From the human T2T-CHM13v2.0 reference genome, Homo sapiens: a DNA stretch of 64,000 nt. The notes below the pieces were generated by a model. That model had not been told where the DNA came from. It saw only the letters and a list, made by a program, of their open reading frames with translations, and searched no databases. Both the position numbers and the translations under genes were made by a program. The stretch lies in NCBI RefSeq assembly GCF_009914755.1, contig NC_060927.1; one strand, given 5' to 3'. Positions 30,708-50,958 of the stretch are shown piece after piece; within the stretch, counting starts at the first letter, position 1; every line of letters starts with the position of its first letter.

Positions 30708-30852
30708 GAGGAGGCTGAGGCAGGACAATCCCGGGAGGGAGGAGAACCCGGGAGGGAGGAGAACCCGGGAGGTGGAGGCTGCAGCAAGCTAAGATCACAC
30801 CACTGCACTCTAGCCTGGGCGACAGAGCGAGACTTAGTCTCGAAAACAGAAA
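30708..30852 (+). mobile_element. 5'-truncated Alu with internal 17-bp tandem repeat
   Basis: Right-arm fragment; TSD AGAAATATGGAGGTG at 30693-30707 and 30853-30867. Confidence 0.88.
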
Positions 30853-31171
30853 AGAAATATGGAGGTGAAAAAATGAGGGTTATTTTAGTGGCCTTTTCAA
30901 TTAATTGTGGGTATTCTTTTTTGATACTATATCAAAGCTTGGCAAAGCTTGGTAGTTTCTTAAATGTTGGTTGTGATGTAGAATTTGAAATCGTATCATT
31001 GGCCTTTTCCTACTCTGTTACTTTAAAATTAATTGGTCTATTTTGCAGTTTGAATTGACGTTTTAACATCATGCATTGGTCATTTGGAAAATATTGGTTT
31101 GCTGAGTTATACAGATCATCTAAATGTGGCACAGTTCATTTTACAACATAAGAAAATTATATTTGTTAGGC

Positions 31172-31577
<406 letters not shown>

Positions 31578-32546
31578 CTAATTTCAACTTTAAATTTTGA
31601 ATTGTATGATTAGGAACAAACACTGTCAGTTGTTTTCCTTGAAGTGATGGGCTCACTTAGTTCATTTTTGAGAGAATGTCTACCAAATACCCAAATCTAA
31701 ATGGCCTAGTTTATCTGTCAGCTATTCTTTCAAGTAAAAATAGTATTCCATGGGAAAAGCAGTTCAGCTTGCAAAGCAAACAATCGCACAAGTACTTTTC
31801 CTCGAGATAACTATCAAAGTTGGATATGAAGCTGAAGGCTTCCATGTGTAGTTCTCATTTCATCCCACAGAATATTAAAAATACATGGACTAAACGGGTG
31901 AGATACAATAAAATGTGATAGTTTTTACTGCTTCATCAAAGACATTTGTAAGTGAAACTGGCTCCTAGGCCTCATGCCTCACTCCCTGCTAGTGCATGCT
32001 GGTGAAGAGTGCAGCAGCTACTGGCATAGTTTGCTCCTACACTGATTTATGCCAAGCCACCAATAGTTTCATCCACCATTGCTGTTACACCACCAGTGCA
32101 AATGTCAACACAATTAAAAATGCAAATAATGTTTTAGTGTTATTGTGGACATAGTTTTGACCTCACAAAATTTCTGAAAGGGTCTTGGGGCCTCCTAGGA
32201 ATCTGAAAACCACATTTTAAGAACTACTCATCCAATGGAAACAGCAAAAACCAGAGTGAGCCTCTAATCAAACAATATGTTCTCAAGCCAGTAACACACG
32301 TGATATATGCACCTGCTTACTTGTACAAGATAATGTCATAGGTGATGGGCTACAGCATTATATAAAGAAGACATATTAAAATTCTCAGAAAACAGAGAAG
32401 AGTCACCTTATAACCATAAAAAATGTGATCAATTGAAGAAGAATTTTCAAAGGAAAAACAAGAACTTCTTACTTTATCAGTGGTTCTTAAAACCCTCAGC
32501 AATAAAAATTCAGGTTACAAGTAACAATGATATGTTTCAAGAGTCA

Positions 32547-32882
<336 letters not shown>

Positions 32883-33921
32883 TTATATAGTGAAAGATTG
32901 AGGAGTTGCCATTCTTCATGAGGATCTTTCAGAACTCAACTTCAGCTTGAATTTTCTCAGGTCCAGGCTATTGTCAATCAGAAGTCAATCTGATATTTGA
33001 TTATATACAAACATAGCATAGATATAAGTTACATGACATAAAAATAAAATAAACACTGATAAACCCACCATCTAGTTTAGAGCTGGAACTTGGGCAGTGC
33101 CCCTTAACCCATCCATATTCTTCTCTCCCGTTCTGTCCCTCTGCCTTCCCCACCAGAGGGAGACATTATCCTAAATTTTGGATTATTATCCTTTTGCTTT
33201 AAAAAAATAGTTATATCACGTATATATTGGTCATTAAATCATATTTCATTGGCTTTTGTGATTTATAAATGGTTTTTGTACTGTATGTAGTTTTGTAAAA
33301 CATGTTTTTTCAATTCACTGTATATTTCTATGATTTATCCATGTTGTTGCGTATAGCTGTGATCCACTCATTTGCATTGCTGTACAGTATTTCATTGTAT
33401 GAATATACCACAATGTACTTATCTGTTCTCCTGTCAGTGGTCATTTGAGTGTTCCCAGTTCCTTGCTATCATAAACAACGGTGATGTAAAAATAATTGTA
33501 CATGTCTCTTGGTACATATGTGTGAGAGTTTCTGTTGGGTATATAGAAGGGGTAGAATTGCTGGGTTGTAAGATACACACATACTTACCTGTACATGATA
33601 ATCTCAAATTATCTTCTAAAGTTTTTGTACTAACTTTAGTTCCATGTAGGAATGTATAGGAGTACAGCGATTTCCACTGGTCGACTTCCTTCCCGATACT
33701 TGCTACTGTCATTTAATCTAGTTGGTGTAGAATGGTGTCTTGATGTGATTTCACTTTTTATTTTCTGGGGAAGGTTAAACGTCTTTCTACATGTATATTC
33801 GCCATTCTTGCTCCTCTTCCTTGAAATACCTATTCATATCTTTTGCACATCTTCCTATTTAACATTTTTCTTATTAATTTGTAGTTCTTTGTGCATTCTT
33901 GGTATTGATTATTTGTCTGAT

Positions 33922-34950
33922 ATCGTCATGTGTTGCTTAACAATGAGGGTATGTTCTGAGAGATGCATTGTTAGGTGATGTTGTATTTATATGAAGATCA
34001 TAGAGTGTATTTACACAAACCTAGATGGCATAGCCTGACTATACTTATACCCAGGCTATGTGGTAAACTTTCTTCTTGGCTACAAATCTATACAGCATTT
34101 TACTGTACTGAATACTGTAGGCAATTGTAACACAATGCTAAGTATTTGTGTATCTAAGCATATCTAAATATAGAAAAAAAATAAAGATAAAAGATAACAA
34201 ATGGTACACCTGTGTAGGGCACTTAGCATGAATGGAGCTTGCAGGACTAGAAGTAGCTGTGGCTGAGTGAGTGAGTAAGTGAGTAGTGAATGAATGAGAA
34301 GGTCTAGGACATTACTGTATACTACTGTAGACTTTAGCAACACTGTACACTTAAACATTTTTGTTAAAAACTGAGACACAAACACACGCATTAGCCTAGG
34401 CCTACACAGGGTCAGGATCATTCCTATCACTGTTTTCCACCTCTATATCTTTTCCCACTGGAAGGTCTTCAGGAGCAACAATATGCATGGAGCTGTCATC
34501 TCTTATGATAACAATGCCTTCTTCTGTAATACCTCCTGAAGTCCCTGCTGGAGGCTCTTCTTGAGGAAGTGTTACTCTTTTCCAAAATATGTCTATGGTG
34601 GTTTGCTTGGTTTGTTTCTTTTATTCGTCATAGATTTGCTTGTAAGCAGATAATGCACCATGAACTTTCTTCTCTATTAATGAAAACCTTTTCGTTTGAT
34701 GTCCATGTTTTCAGACTTTTTAAAGAGCTTATTGAGGTCTGCAAAAGCTCCTGCTAAGCCCTATACTGTGAGTTTTCTCTTTTTTTCTTTTTCTTTTTTT
34801 TTCTTCTACAGTTCCCTTTTCTCTTGGCTCTTCTTCAGCTATGTATTCCTAGGTGACAAGAATTTTTCAGCTTCATTATAATCATATAGCATCATTATCA
34901 TATATGCGGTTCATCGTTGACCAAAAAGCCATTATGTGGTGCATGACTGT
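33922..34950. mobile_element. Tigger3 (Golem)-like DNA transposon, internally deleted
   Basis: GTCATGTGTTGCTTAACAAT start and TTATGTGGTGCATGACTGTA end form TIR-like termini. Confidence 0.8.
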
Positions 34951-35159
34951 ACATGTGTTGCTAATGTATTTTCCCAGTTTGTGGCTTGTTTGTTCACTTT
35001 TAAAGTTATCAATGTTTGGTTTTATGGACAGGACTATTTTTTTGTTATTGTTGACAGTCTTTATCCTGAGGTCATAATGTGTTCTCCTTTTAATCATCTG
35101 GCTGAGGTCTGCCATACAGAGTTGAACTGAAGCAATGGTTGAGGATATAGTAGCTGCTG

Positions 35160-35895
<736 letters not shown>

Positions 35896-37305
35896 GATTC
35901 TATCTTTATTTGTTCTTTGAAGAGAATCCTTTTATCACTAAGAATTAAGTTTGTGCTTGATATCTTTTATCAATGTGAGCAAGTTCTCTTTCCTAGTTTA
36001 TTTTAGGAATAAGTCATGTCTGCATGTTTAATTTTGTCAAATGCTTTTTCTGCATCTATTTAAATGAGTATATGTAAGTTTTCTCTCCTTTAATCTGTGA
36101 ACATGAAAAATACATTTGTAGATTTTCTAGGGTTAAACTACCCCTGAATTTCTGTTATAAACCAAACTTGGTCAAGATATGTCATTGTTTTTGTGCCCTA
36201 CTGGATGTGTTGTGTCAATATTTTGTTTAGGAGTTTTTCATTTATGTTTATAAGTGAGATTGGCTTGTAATACTTCTTTCTCATATTGTACTTGTCTTTT
36301 TTCATGTTGAGTTTTTACTTACCTGATAGAATACATTAGGGGAGTATGCTCTCTTTTTTTCTTTTCTGGAAGAGGCCTTATGGTACAGTGATAAGGAGCA
36401 TGAATTCCTAAGGTGCAAGAATGTGTGCTGATGGGTCATATAGCTGTAATTCCAAGGTACGGTGAGAGTAACTTGGGGTGAGGCCAGTGGGCTTATGTTA
36501 CCCAAACTTAAATTCTTTTACAGAAATACCTGTATGATGATGTCATCAAGTTAAAAGCTAGAAAAAATAATGTGTTCTTAAGCCCTTAAATAGTCAAGTT
36601 CTATTCACTGTTGAAGGATACTACTGGCTACGATCCCAATGGCCTAAATTTTCTCAATATTTCCATTTTTATCACGAATGTGGACTATTATAAACCTTAG
36701 AAATGTCACTGTAAAAATGTAAACATGATCTAGTATCCATATAAAATGGCTATAGAATGTAAAAATACTTACTCTAATAACTGGATGCCCACAGAATACC
36801 CTCACTCCTCAGGAGGCCAGATGGGAAATAAAGGAGAATTTTCAGAAATGCAAATTCAAGAAAAAACCTCACAGATATTTAACTTCACTTGCATGAGATT
36901 TCCCTTGTGTTACCCTGTGTTTCTCTGGCTGTCTAAGAGAAACCAAAATTGTGTTTGTTGGCAAGATTGTCCTGAGCTTTAGGACTAAGTAGATGTTGGG
37001 GGTAGTATTGTAAGTTGCTTTACTAGTGTTTCCGGGCTTCACTTTCACTGTGTCTCTTGCTCCTTTACTTTAGAGGGTGACAAATGCAACAAGGGGAAAC
37101 TTTACTCTCTGTTGTCAGGAACAGATGTTGGAGTATTCAGAGCTGTAATTGGCTATGTTTTTTTTTCCCCCCAGATTTCTTCCATCTTATAATTTTGAAT
37201 GAAGCTCAAAGGGAAGCTGCACTATAAAGCTAAAACTTTGAAACTCAAAGATTCCAAAGGGAGATGTTTCAGACTTGTGTATATTTTTACACTTAAAAAC
37301 CCCAT

Positions 37306-39050
<1,745 letters not shown>

Positions 39051-39870
39051 TTAGTTCTTCACAGAGGTCTTTAAAGTAAAGAACCTTAAGGTTAACTCAC
39101 TCCTAAGTTCTCAAAACACTTTTCAGATTTTAAAAATAGTGTTCTTAGTAGTCTGGTGGAGAGACTCCTTGGTATTTGGAGGCAGAGAGGTAATACAATA
39201 GTAATTGTATTTATTAAAATAGATAATGTCAAAGCCAAACCAAATCGAACCATTGACTGCATTTGAGAGAATTAGCCAGAGAACATAAAGCACTATGCAT
39301 TGTTTGGAAGAAAATTTATGTGTCCAAAATATAAAGTATTATGGATTTGTTGCAGTAAATTTCATCGGTCAGTTTAGGCTAAGTTATGTTGTGGTGACAA
39401 ACAGCCTTAAGATCTCAATAGCTTGTGACAACCAAGGTGTATTTTTCACTCATGCTCCATATTGATTGCAAGTCAGTGGAGGCTTTGCTCCCTGTCATCT
39501 TTATTATGCAACTCAGCTTGAAGAAGTGGGCTCCCCCGAGACATGCCAGTCAAAGGAAAAGAGAAGCTTTTGTTCCAAAGAGGAACACAGCACCTCTACT
39601 CACATTTCTTGTCCCAAAGCATGCCATCTGCATTCAATGGAGTGGGGATGAATACACAACAGGAAAGGGAAGTAGAAGTCACATGGCCAAGCATGACATC
39701 AGTGTGGTGGAAAGTATAGTCTTCCCACCAAAAGGGGTATCAGATATTTTGAATATTAATACAATTTGCCATGTAGTGTCTACCAAGTTCCTCCCTAGTT
39801 TATTGTAAATTGGCTATTTAGAATTTTCTTATCCAAGACTTTCCAGGACTGTGATCACTACTGTGAGAAG

Positions 39871-40208
<338 letters not shown>

Positions 40209-40863
40209 TGATGTTGAGTTCCCTTACATTCATTTTTCTAGAGGATAAGGGGACAAAGGAACTTCTCAGATAAATGTTTTTGTGAGGAGCTCTTGGGTCT
40301 TTGATGCAATTGAAGACACAGCAGTTACTCTCAAGGTACTCACAGCCTCATTTTCTAAACAATGCCTCTCCAGGAAGTCCTTGGTGTAAGCATATGTTCC
40401 TGGAGTCTGCATTGTGAGACAGATGGCAGAAAAATGACTCCTCTTTTATTCCCATTGATTTTGGTTCTTGAGAAACATGTGGTTACCCCTGTTGCTATGA
40501 GGTAGTATTATTGTAATAATAAATGTGCTGATAGAATTATGGTCCATTATTTAACCTGTGTGAAGATGGGGATAAAACTGCTAAATGGGCAGGATTAGGA
40601 ACAAGTTAGGTATAGATAAGCCATATTAAATAAATGTAGAAACAATATAAAGCAGTGAAAGCAAAAACCCTTGTTTAATAACTAGACTACAAGGCATCAA
40701 AAGTCAGGTCAACGTATGAAAGAAAAATCTTGCAACTCAAAGGAAAAAAGCTGGCAGCTCACAGGACGAGTCTGGGTCACATTATGTTTTGTTTGAACAG
40801 CACCATGTTTTAAATATCAGGAGATGTTACATACAAAAGAATTCAACTTCTGGCTTCTCTTGA

Positions 40864-41298
<435 letters not shown>

Positions 41299-41865
41299 TA
41301 ACATGTAGGTGGATTAAAAACTTTAATATGAAAAGTAAAACTTTATAGTTTATGGAAGAAAATACAGGATGCTGTCTGAGGACAGTCTAATTACACAAGA
41401 CTCGAAGTAGTAGATACTATAAATTAAAAATTTATTTTCATCAAAATTAAGAATTCTTATTTAACAAAGTTCATCATAGACAAACAACCTACAGGGAAAC
41501 AGATTGGAAAAGCTATTTTCAATGTATAAAACCAACAAACTATTTAGAATATTCAGGGAATTCTAGCATACAATTCTAACTTGCAGCAAGAAAAAGTCAG
41601 AAAACACAGAATATTAATAAGTAGTTAACAGGAAGGGAAACTTATGTAAGCATTATATCTCTTAAGTGAATGTAATACGAAAAATGAATTTAGAATAAAT
41701 TAACTCAATTTTCTCAGAATCCGGTTGACAAAAATGAAGTCAGGTAATGTCAAATACTGGCCAAAGATGTGAGGACATGAGAATCCTCATCTATGGCTGG
41801 TGGAAGTATAAATAGTCATTACAGTGAGCCATTTTAGCAGTGCAAAGTTAAATTAAGAATACATA

Positions 41866-43682
<1,817 letters not shown>

Positions 43683-44221
43683 AAGAATACATAAATACCA
43701 TGCCTAGAAATTCTATGCCTGGAGAAATGTCAACATCTGGAGAATCACTCGCATAGAGTTTTACAAAAAGATGTCCTCAAACAGACACATGATAATGTTC
43801 ATAGCAGTATGACTTGAACTAGCAAAGATCTGAAATTACACAGGTGTCCATCTCTAGAGAAATGTACAAATAAAACATGGTACATATATTTAAAGGAATA
43901 TTATGCAGCAGACAGATGCTCCATATAAATAAGGTTTATATATTGCAATGTAAATATATGCATCAAAATAAATATGCATGAAAGATGGTTTGAAAATCAA
44001 AGTTTAAATATAGTAGAGTGGGTGTCTATACCTGGAAAGAGATTGGGATTGGAAGGAGGAATAAAGAAAATTAACATAAAACAAATTGAAATAGAATACA
44101 ATAGCCTTGCAGGGGCCACCAATGATCGCATACTGTGAATTCAGGAATATTATACATTCAGTTCTGTAAACCTAAAGTTATAAAAGACTTCAACTAAAAA
44201 AAAAAAAAAAAAAGAGCTACT

Positions 44222-45322
44222 ACACTAGTCTCCTGTTACCTGCAGGGGATATGTTCCAAGTCTCCCAGCAGATGTCTGAAACCTTGGATAGTACTAAACC
44301 CTGTATATACAGTCATACCTTGCTTTACAATGGGGATACATTCAGAGAAATGCATCATTAAGCAATTGCATCATTGCATGAACATAACAGAGTGTACTTA
44401 CACAATCCTAGATGTCAGAGCCCACTACACACCTAGGCTATATGGTATAGCCCATAGCTCCTAGATTACAAAACTGTATAGCATGTTACTGTACTGAATA
44501 CTGTAGGCAATTTTAGCACAATGGTAAGTATTTGTGTATCTAAACATTTCTAAACATAGAAAAGATCCAGTAAAAAATATGGTATATATTCTTATGGGAC
44601 CAGCATAGTATGTTTGGTCTGTCATTGACTGAAACATCTTTATGGGGTGCATAACTGTACTATGCTTTTTCCTATACATACATACTTATGATAAACTTTA
44701 ATTTATAAATTAGGCACAGAAAGAGATTAACATCAGTAACTAATAATAAAATGGAACAATTATAACAATATATTGTAATAAAAGTTATGTGAATGTGGTC
44801 TGTCTCTCAAAATACCTTGTAATGTACTTATCCTTCTTCTTTTTTTTTTTTTTTAGACAGAGTCTTGCTCTGTCACCAGTACAGTGACACAATCTGGGCT
44901 CACTACAACCTCTGCCTCCTGGGTTCAAGCGATTCTCCTCTGTCAGCCTCCCCAGTAGCTGGGATTACAGGCACAAGCCACCATGCCTGGCTAATTTTTG
45001 TATTTTTAGTAGAGACAGGGTTTTGCCAGGTTGGCCAGGCTGGCCTCAAACTCCGGGCCTCAAGCGATCCACCTGCCTTATCCTCCCAAGGTGTTGGGAT
45101 TACAGGCATGAGCCACCATGCCTGGCCTTATCCTTCTTATTGTGATGAAGAGGGAACAGAGTGGAATGACATGAGATTTTATCATGGTACTCAGAACGGT
45201 ATACAATTTAAAACTGTGAATTGTTTATTTCTTGAGTTTTTCATTTAATATTTTCAGACTGTGGCTCACCACAGGTAACTAAAACTAAAGAAAGCAAAAT
45301 CATAGGTAAGTCAGGGATTACT
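44222..45322. mobile_element. MER44/Tigger7-like MITE with nested Tigger3a-like MITE (44310-44657) and Alu
   Basis: CTAGTCTCCTGTTACCTGCAGGGGATATGTTCCAAG start; TA-flanked CAGTCATACC...CATAACTG insert. Confidence 0.7.
44834..45127 (-). mobile_element. Alu SINE
   Basis: Antisense Alu; TSD TTATCCTTCTT. Confidence 0.94.
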
Positions 45323-45459
45323 ATATTTCTTTACATTTTGGCCAAAGACAACTCCTCTAGTTATTTTTTTCAAACTTGTGAAGATGGAATAAATCCCATT
45401 GTTAGGCCTGATCTGAGCTCTCCAATGCCAAACACTAATCTAGTAGTTGCAGTTTCCTG

Positions 45460-46803
45460 TTACCCAGGGACATATTTGTGGTCTTCCTATTTTGTTGTTT
45501 TCAGTGTGTTAATCATCTCCACTCAAAATCCTCCTGAATGAAACTGTTGGATGACCTACACCACCTTTGCCTAAAAAGTGTGTTTCTGGAAAGCCAGAGG
45601 GAAAACTCCTGCAAATGAGCCACCCTAGTGCTGCTGGATTTGAAGAGGCAGATGGTGGTTGGATTTTACAAGGCCCCTTTGTTCTCTTTCTTCATTTTCT
45701 GCCTGTTTTTACATGAATTGACTTTGTGCAGATCTAGCCAAGTGTGTGAAGCACCTTCGAGGAGGTGCGTTAATGATAAGCTGAAATCTGGGTCACTAAA
45801 GAGTTTTACCGCCTTTCATTTGCAGAGTCTGAGAAGCCCCTTCTGGCCTTTACCATATGAAAGTTTTACAGCAACTGTAATATTTAGAGAAAACACACAC
45901 AAAGGATGGGAATGGAAGCCTCGGCAGTCTTCTCAGCAGAGGGCCTCCCAGCAGACTGGATTTATTGGACTTTTCATTTTCCCTCACCATTTGGATTTTC
46001 AAAGACTTTTTATTAGTTCAGCCTTTAAAGCAGAAAAAATCAGCCAATTTGTTACAAACCACTGCAGCTTCAGTCCCCTGAAGCCAAGAACAACCGCTCA
46101 GCTCTTCCAACTTGGCTGCAAAGCAACATCTGTTAAGTCTCCTGTGCTCACCTCCCCAGCCAAAGAGACGTCACACCTGCAGTGCTGGGATTTTGTGAAA
46201 AAAATGGAAATAGCGTATTGTATACATCTTTTTTTCCAATATCTTTTGCTTTATGTTAATGCTTCTAGTTCAGGAGTGTCTGAAGTATTTCACAATGCTT
46301 AACAGAGCAAGGTTTGTCCCTTAGTTTTGGGTCATTTGTTAATTCTGTAAGTATTTGCTGAGCATATGTGTAAGACACGTGGCTCTAATTCCCACCAGGT
46401 AGTTGTTAGGTTGGCCTCTTCCTTTTGTGATGAGATCTTGTGTTTGTATTTTTTCTTTGGACTGCTCTGATCATGGTTCTATCAGATAAACAAATGCTGG
46501 AAATTAGTTGCCAGTCTGGTCAATTTGTTAGGTGGCTTTTCAAATTGTTACACAGGGAGTTGATGTTCTTGGAAACAGAAGGAAGAAGTATGGGTGCCTT
46601 ATGAACCATTAGGTTTCAGTAAATAGCACCTGCTTTTCACACCACGCTGGGGTAAGGCATAGAATGAGGCATAGCATAGATATGGTATAGCATACCTGGT
46701 GGTGTAGGTCATCCAGCAGTTATGTGCAGGAGGATTTTGAGTGGAGATGATCAGCACACTGAAAACAACAAAATAGGAAGACCACAAATGTGTCTCTGGG
46801 TAA
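45460..46803. repeat. Inverted repeat of unique sequence, 106-bp arms
   Basis: 45460-45565 vs reverse complement of 46698-46803: 9 substitutions, no indels by manual alignment. Confidence 0.95.
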
Positions 46804-47226
46804 TAATATACTATAGTATAGTGGGTGGATCTTAGATTCACCTGAAATCTTAAGCATCAACTGCATTTTCTAGCCTTGGGATCATGGGTGTCTCAAATTT
46901 CTGAGCTCGAGTTTACTGAAAGTAATAGGAACGTTTGTGCTTGCAGTTGCTGAAAAAAAATTAAGTGAGCTACTGTAGGTGCTCATTAAATGTTGGCCTT
47001 TGCTTATGGCCACCTAAGAGGAAAATAAAGGAAGTAGAAAGCTCAGTTCTAGTATTCAGAAGCTGGCAGTTCAGTTAGGGAGATGAGACACAGACTCTAC
47101 ATAAAACCACCAGAGTAAATGCCTCTGAGACAAAACTGAAATGGCATGAGTTAACATATTCTGTCCCCTCATCACCGCCAGTTCTGGAAATGAAAGACTG
47201 ACTTTTCTTTAAAAAATATGTTTATG

Positions 47227-47821
<595 letters not shown>

Positions 47822-48505
47822 TGTGTGTTTACGCTTGATGTCCAGAAAGCTTTTTATAAAGCAAAAACCTTTCTCTTTAGAGGAAATCAAATGCTTGGGT
47901 TTTAAATTAGGCTCAAACATACATCCTCACAAATGTGCACACAAATATTATAGTGACTTTAAGGCTCCATTAGGATGTTCAGCTGAGAGTTGTGCAAATG
48001 TTTGATCCATCTGGTGACAGCTCATAGAATGTGTTATTTCCAATGTTTGCAAATAACAATCTAAATAGAAATATGCTTGAAGATATTCTGTTAATGTGTA
48101 TGCACTGAAAAGCAATTTCCTTTCCATATTATATATTAAAAGAATTGAAACCCTCCCTTGTATTTGCAATTGTATAAATGTCTTCATGCTATTTAAGGTG
48201 CAGGTCATGGCAGGAGAGCGTGAACGTGTCATTTGATAGTTCTTGGTCAATGCGGGTATAGTCTCTAGCAGTGGTCTTTTTTTGAAGTATTTCAAATTTT
48301 CATTGGTTTTATGCCAGCGAGTGGAAAAAGTAAGGGCTTTGCAGCTAGTGAGACTTAGGTTCTAATACATATCCTTTGGAACAAGGTGTTCAAAATTTGC
48401 TGGGATAATGATGGTGACATTTGCATAGGAGACATGGAATCTTCTGCTATCAAGGATTAAGACCTTTTCCTTCGCATGTTAACTGCTATTAAAACATCTC
48501 TGGGG

Positions 48506-48831
<326 letters not shown>

Positions 48832-49391
48832 TTATTAAATGGAAAGCAGTGTAAAAAAGGCCACTTGAGACCTCCCCGGGGGGGATTTACTAGAAAGGCG
48901 AACCCCAGTGCCATGCCAGTGCCTCGGATATCTTGGGCGAAGGAGACAGCTTTGGATGCAGCTTGTGTCTGAAGCTGGAATCTGAAAGCTTATTCTTAGG
49001 CAGTGAGCTTAGCAATGTTTTGGAGGAAGTCTGAATGACCAACTGGGGTGTCTGTTGACTTTACATCTCACAAAGTTTCTGGTCTCATACATGGGGTAGT
49101 GTAGCTGCAGGTTGTTAGGTTAATTAGTTTCTAGGGGCCGTTGTGCTATTCTGAAGCCTCATGAGCTTTATTCCATTTGTGAAATTGGGGGAGGGATGTG
49201 GAGGTTGGAGGGTTAAGGGCTGGGAATAAGGTGAATCCTGGTGTGGTGCTAGCTAAAGAGGGGGACTGATGGAGTGTTAAAGGAGTCAGGGATTGGAGAT
49301 GTCTGATCCCTCGTCTTCTTGGAGAAGCAATTAAATTAATTAATAGCATTGTTGGAACTTGTTCTGTCATGAGTTCTGATTTTCTCTATAG

Positions 49392-49552
49392 TCTTGAACT
49401 CCTGGGCTCAACTGATCCTCCTGCCTCGGCCTCCCAAAGAGCTGGGATTACACTTTCTCCTAGGTTCATACATACATCTCATTAAATGTACATACATCTC
49501 ATTCATCATCTCATTAAAAATGAGATGATGTATGTATGAACCTAGGAGAAAG
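49392..49552. repeat. 61-bp Alu fragment fused to nested palindrome
   Basis: 49392-49452 matches 47739-47799 (59/61); perfect 26-bp inverted repeat 49453-49478 / 49527-49552. Confidence 0.93.
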
Positions 49553-50811
49553 AAAAAGGAGTAAGTTATTTGACTAGCCTTCCACTTAATGTGGAACTGC
49601 CCGTTGCTCAGGTGTCAGTGGCCACTATTCCTGAACCCATGTGCATTCCAATCGAGCTGCCCCTCTGGGAGCTCCTGCATCACTCAGTGTATTTTTTGAG
49701 GAGATAAATGTAAACTTTTGGCCTTTTCATTGATCACTTTCCCTGTGTTAGATTGTTCTCAGGGGTAGAGAATTCAGAACTCTACATGGCGTTGCTCACA
49801 ACTTTCTGAATGAACTCAGGCAAATCTCAACCTTAAAGAATGTTGAGCACAAAAACATTAATTTTACCTGCTTTAGATGTTTGATGCTAAATTAAAGTGA
49901 GAAAATGCATATGAAAGTGCATTGCAATATGACTCTTTATTAGACATGGAAGGACACAGAACATGCAGAGGGAAGCATTTTTAAGCATTACTAGAAGACC
50001 AGAATCAAATTTAATATTCCCTTAAAGTAAATAAGTATTTATACATTAAAGCCCACCAATGAAGGACCATCAGGAACACATTTATTGTAGTACAAAGAAA
50101 TTACACGTATTTTTCTTGCTGTTGCAAGACTGAAAGCACCTTAAATAAATGATGAGGAGTTGGAAGAAGCTTGTCATAGTATGTGAGTGTGTGCTGGATG
50201 ATTCAAGGGAGGATTGAGGAGGTGGGGAGCAATTCTGAATTGGATGTTTCAGGAAGCAGGAGCAATTTTGTGACTGAATATCGTAATGATTTTTATCTAT
50301 AAGATAGAAGGACGACAGTGGTTTTCCTTGGTGAGGTAAAGGAGAAGCAGTCACTCATGTTAGACAGAAGAGGGGGCTGTTTTACTATTTTTGTGATTTC
50401 AGAGTGGCCTTATCTGTGTCTCATTCCAAATACGGGCTTGGAATGGACTTGTTTAGACATTGTTTCTATTCTGTGATTGTGGTTTATATGCAATTGGAAA
50501 TATTATGGCCTAGTTGCCAGCAGGTCTGCTTTTCATTTTCTTGCCTGGTTTCAGGTATGAATATTTGCTTTATCCCCTTTTCTGGAAGGCAAAGAAAGAA
50601 GTCATATTCTAGAAGGGGGCCAAGCCTGAGCACTAAGATAGAGGGTCTCCACCTGGGCTTTGGAGATTAGTAAAGGATAAGAATTAAGTTACAAGAGCAA
50701 AATGGTAAACGAGTAACGGTAAATGCTCAAGGAGTGAAGCATACCAGAGAAGGTGCATGGGAGATGGCCCTGAAGAGGCTGAGTGTAGCTCCTCCTGCAG
50801 GTGTGTTTTTA

Positions 50812-50958
50812 CACAGGTACGCATAAGGAGCACATAGGTTCTTATGAGAACCACACAGATACATATAAGGAGCCCACGAGTATGTACAAGGAGCACACAG
50901 GTATGAATAAGGAGGCCACAGGCACTTCTAAGGAACACATGGGTACACGTAAGGAGGC
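50812..50958 (+). repeat. Minisatellite, 7 x 21 bp, no indels
   Basis: Units such as CACAGGTACGCATAAGGAGCA, CACAGATACATATAAGGAGCC, CACAGGTATGAATAAGGAGGC. Confidence 0.92.

Noticed and set aside
34590-34850. Apparently unique insert within the Tigger element
   Set aside because: Appears to be residual Tigger3 transposase-coding sequence
45628-46302. 224-aa ORF between the inverted arms as a possible transposase or cargo gene
   Set aside because: GTG start, no recognisable domain or DDE motif, and no TSD seen outside the arms
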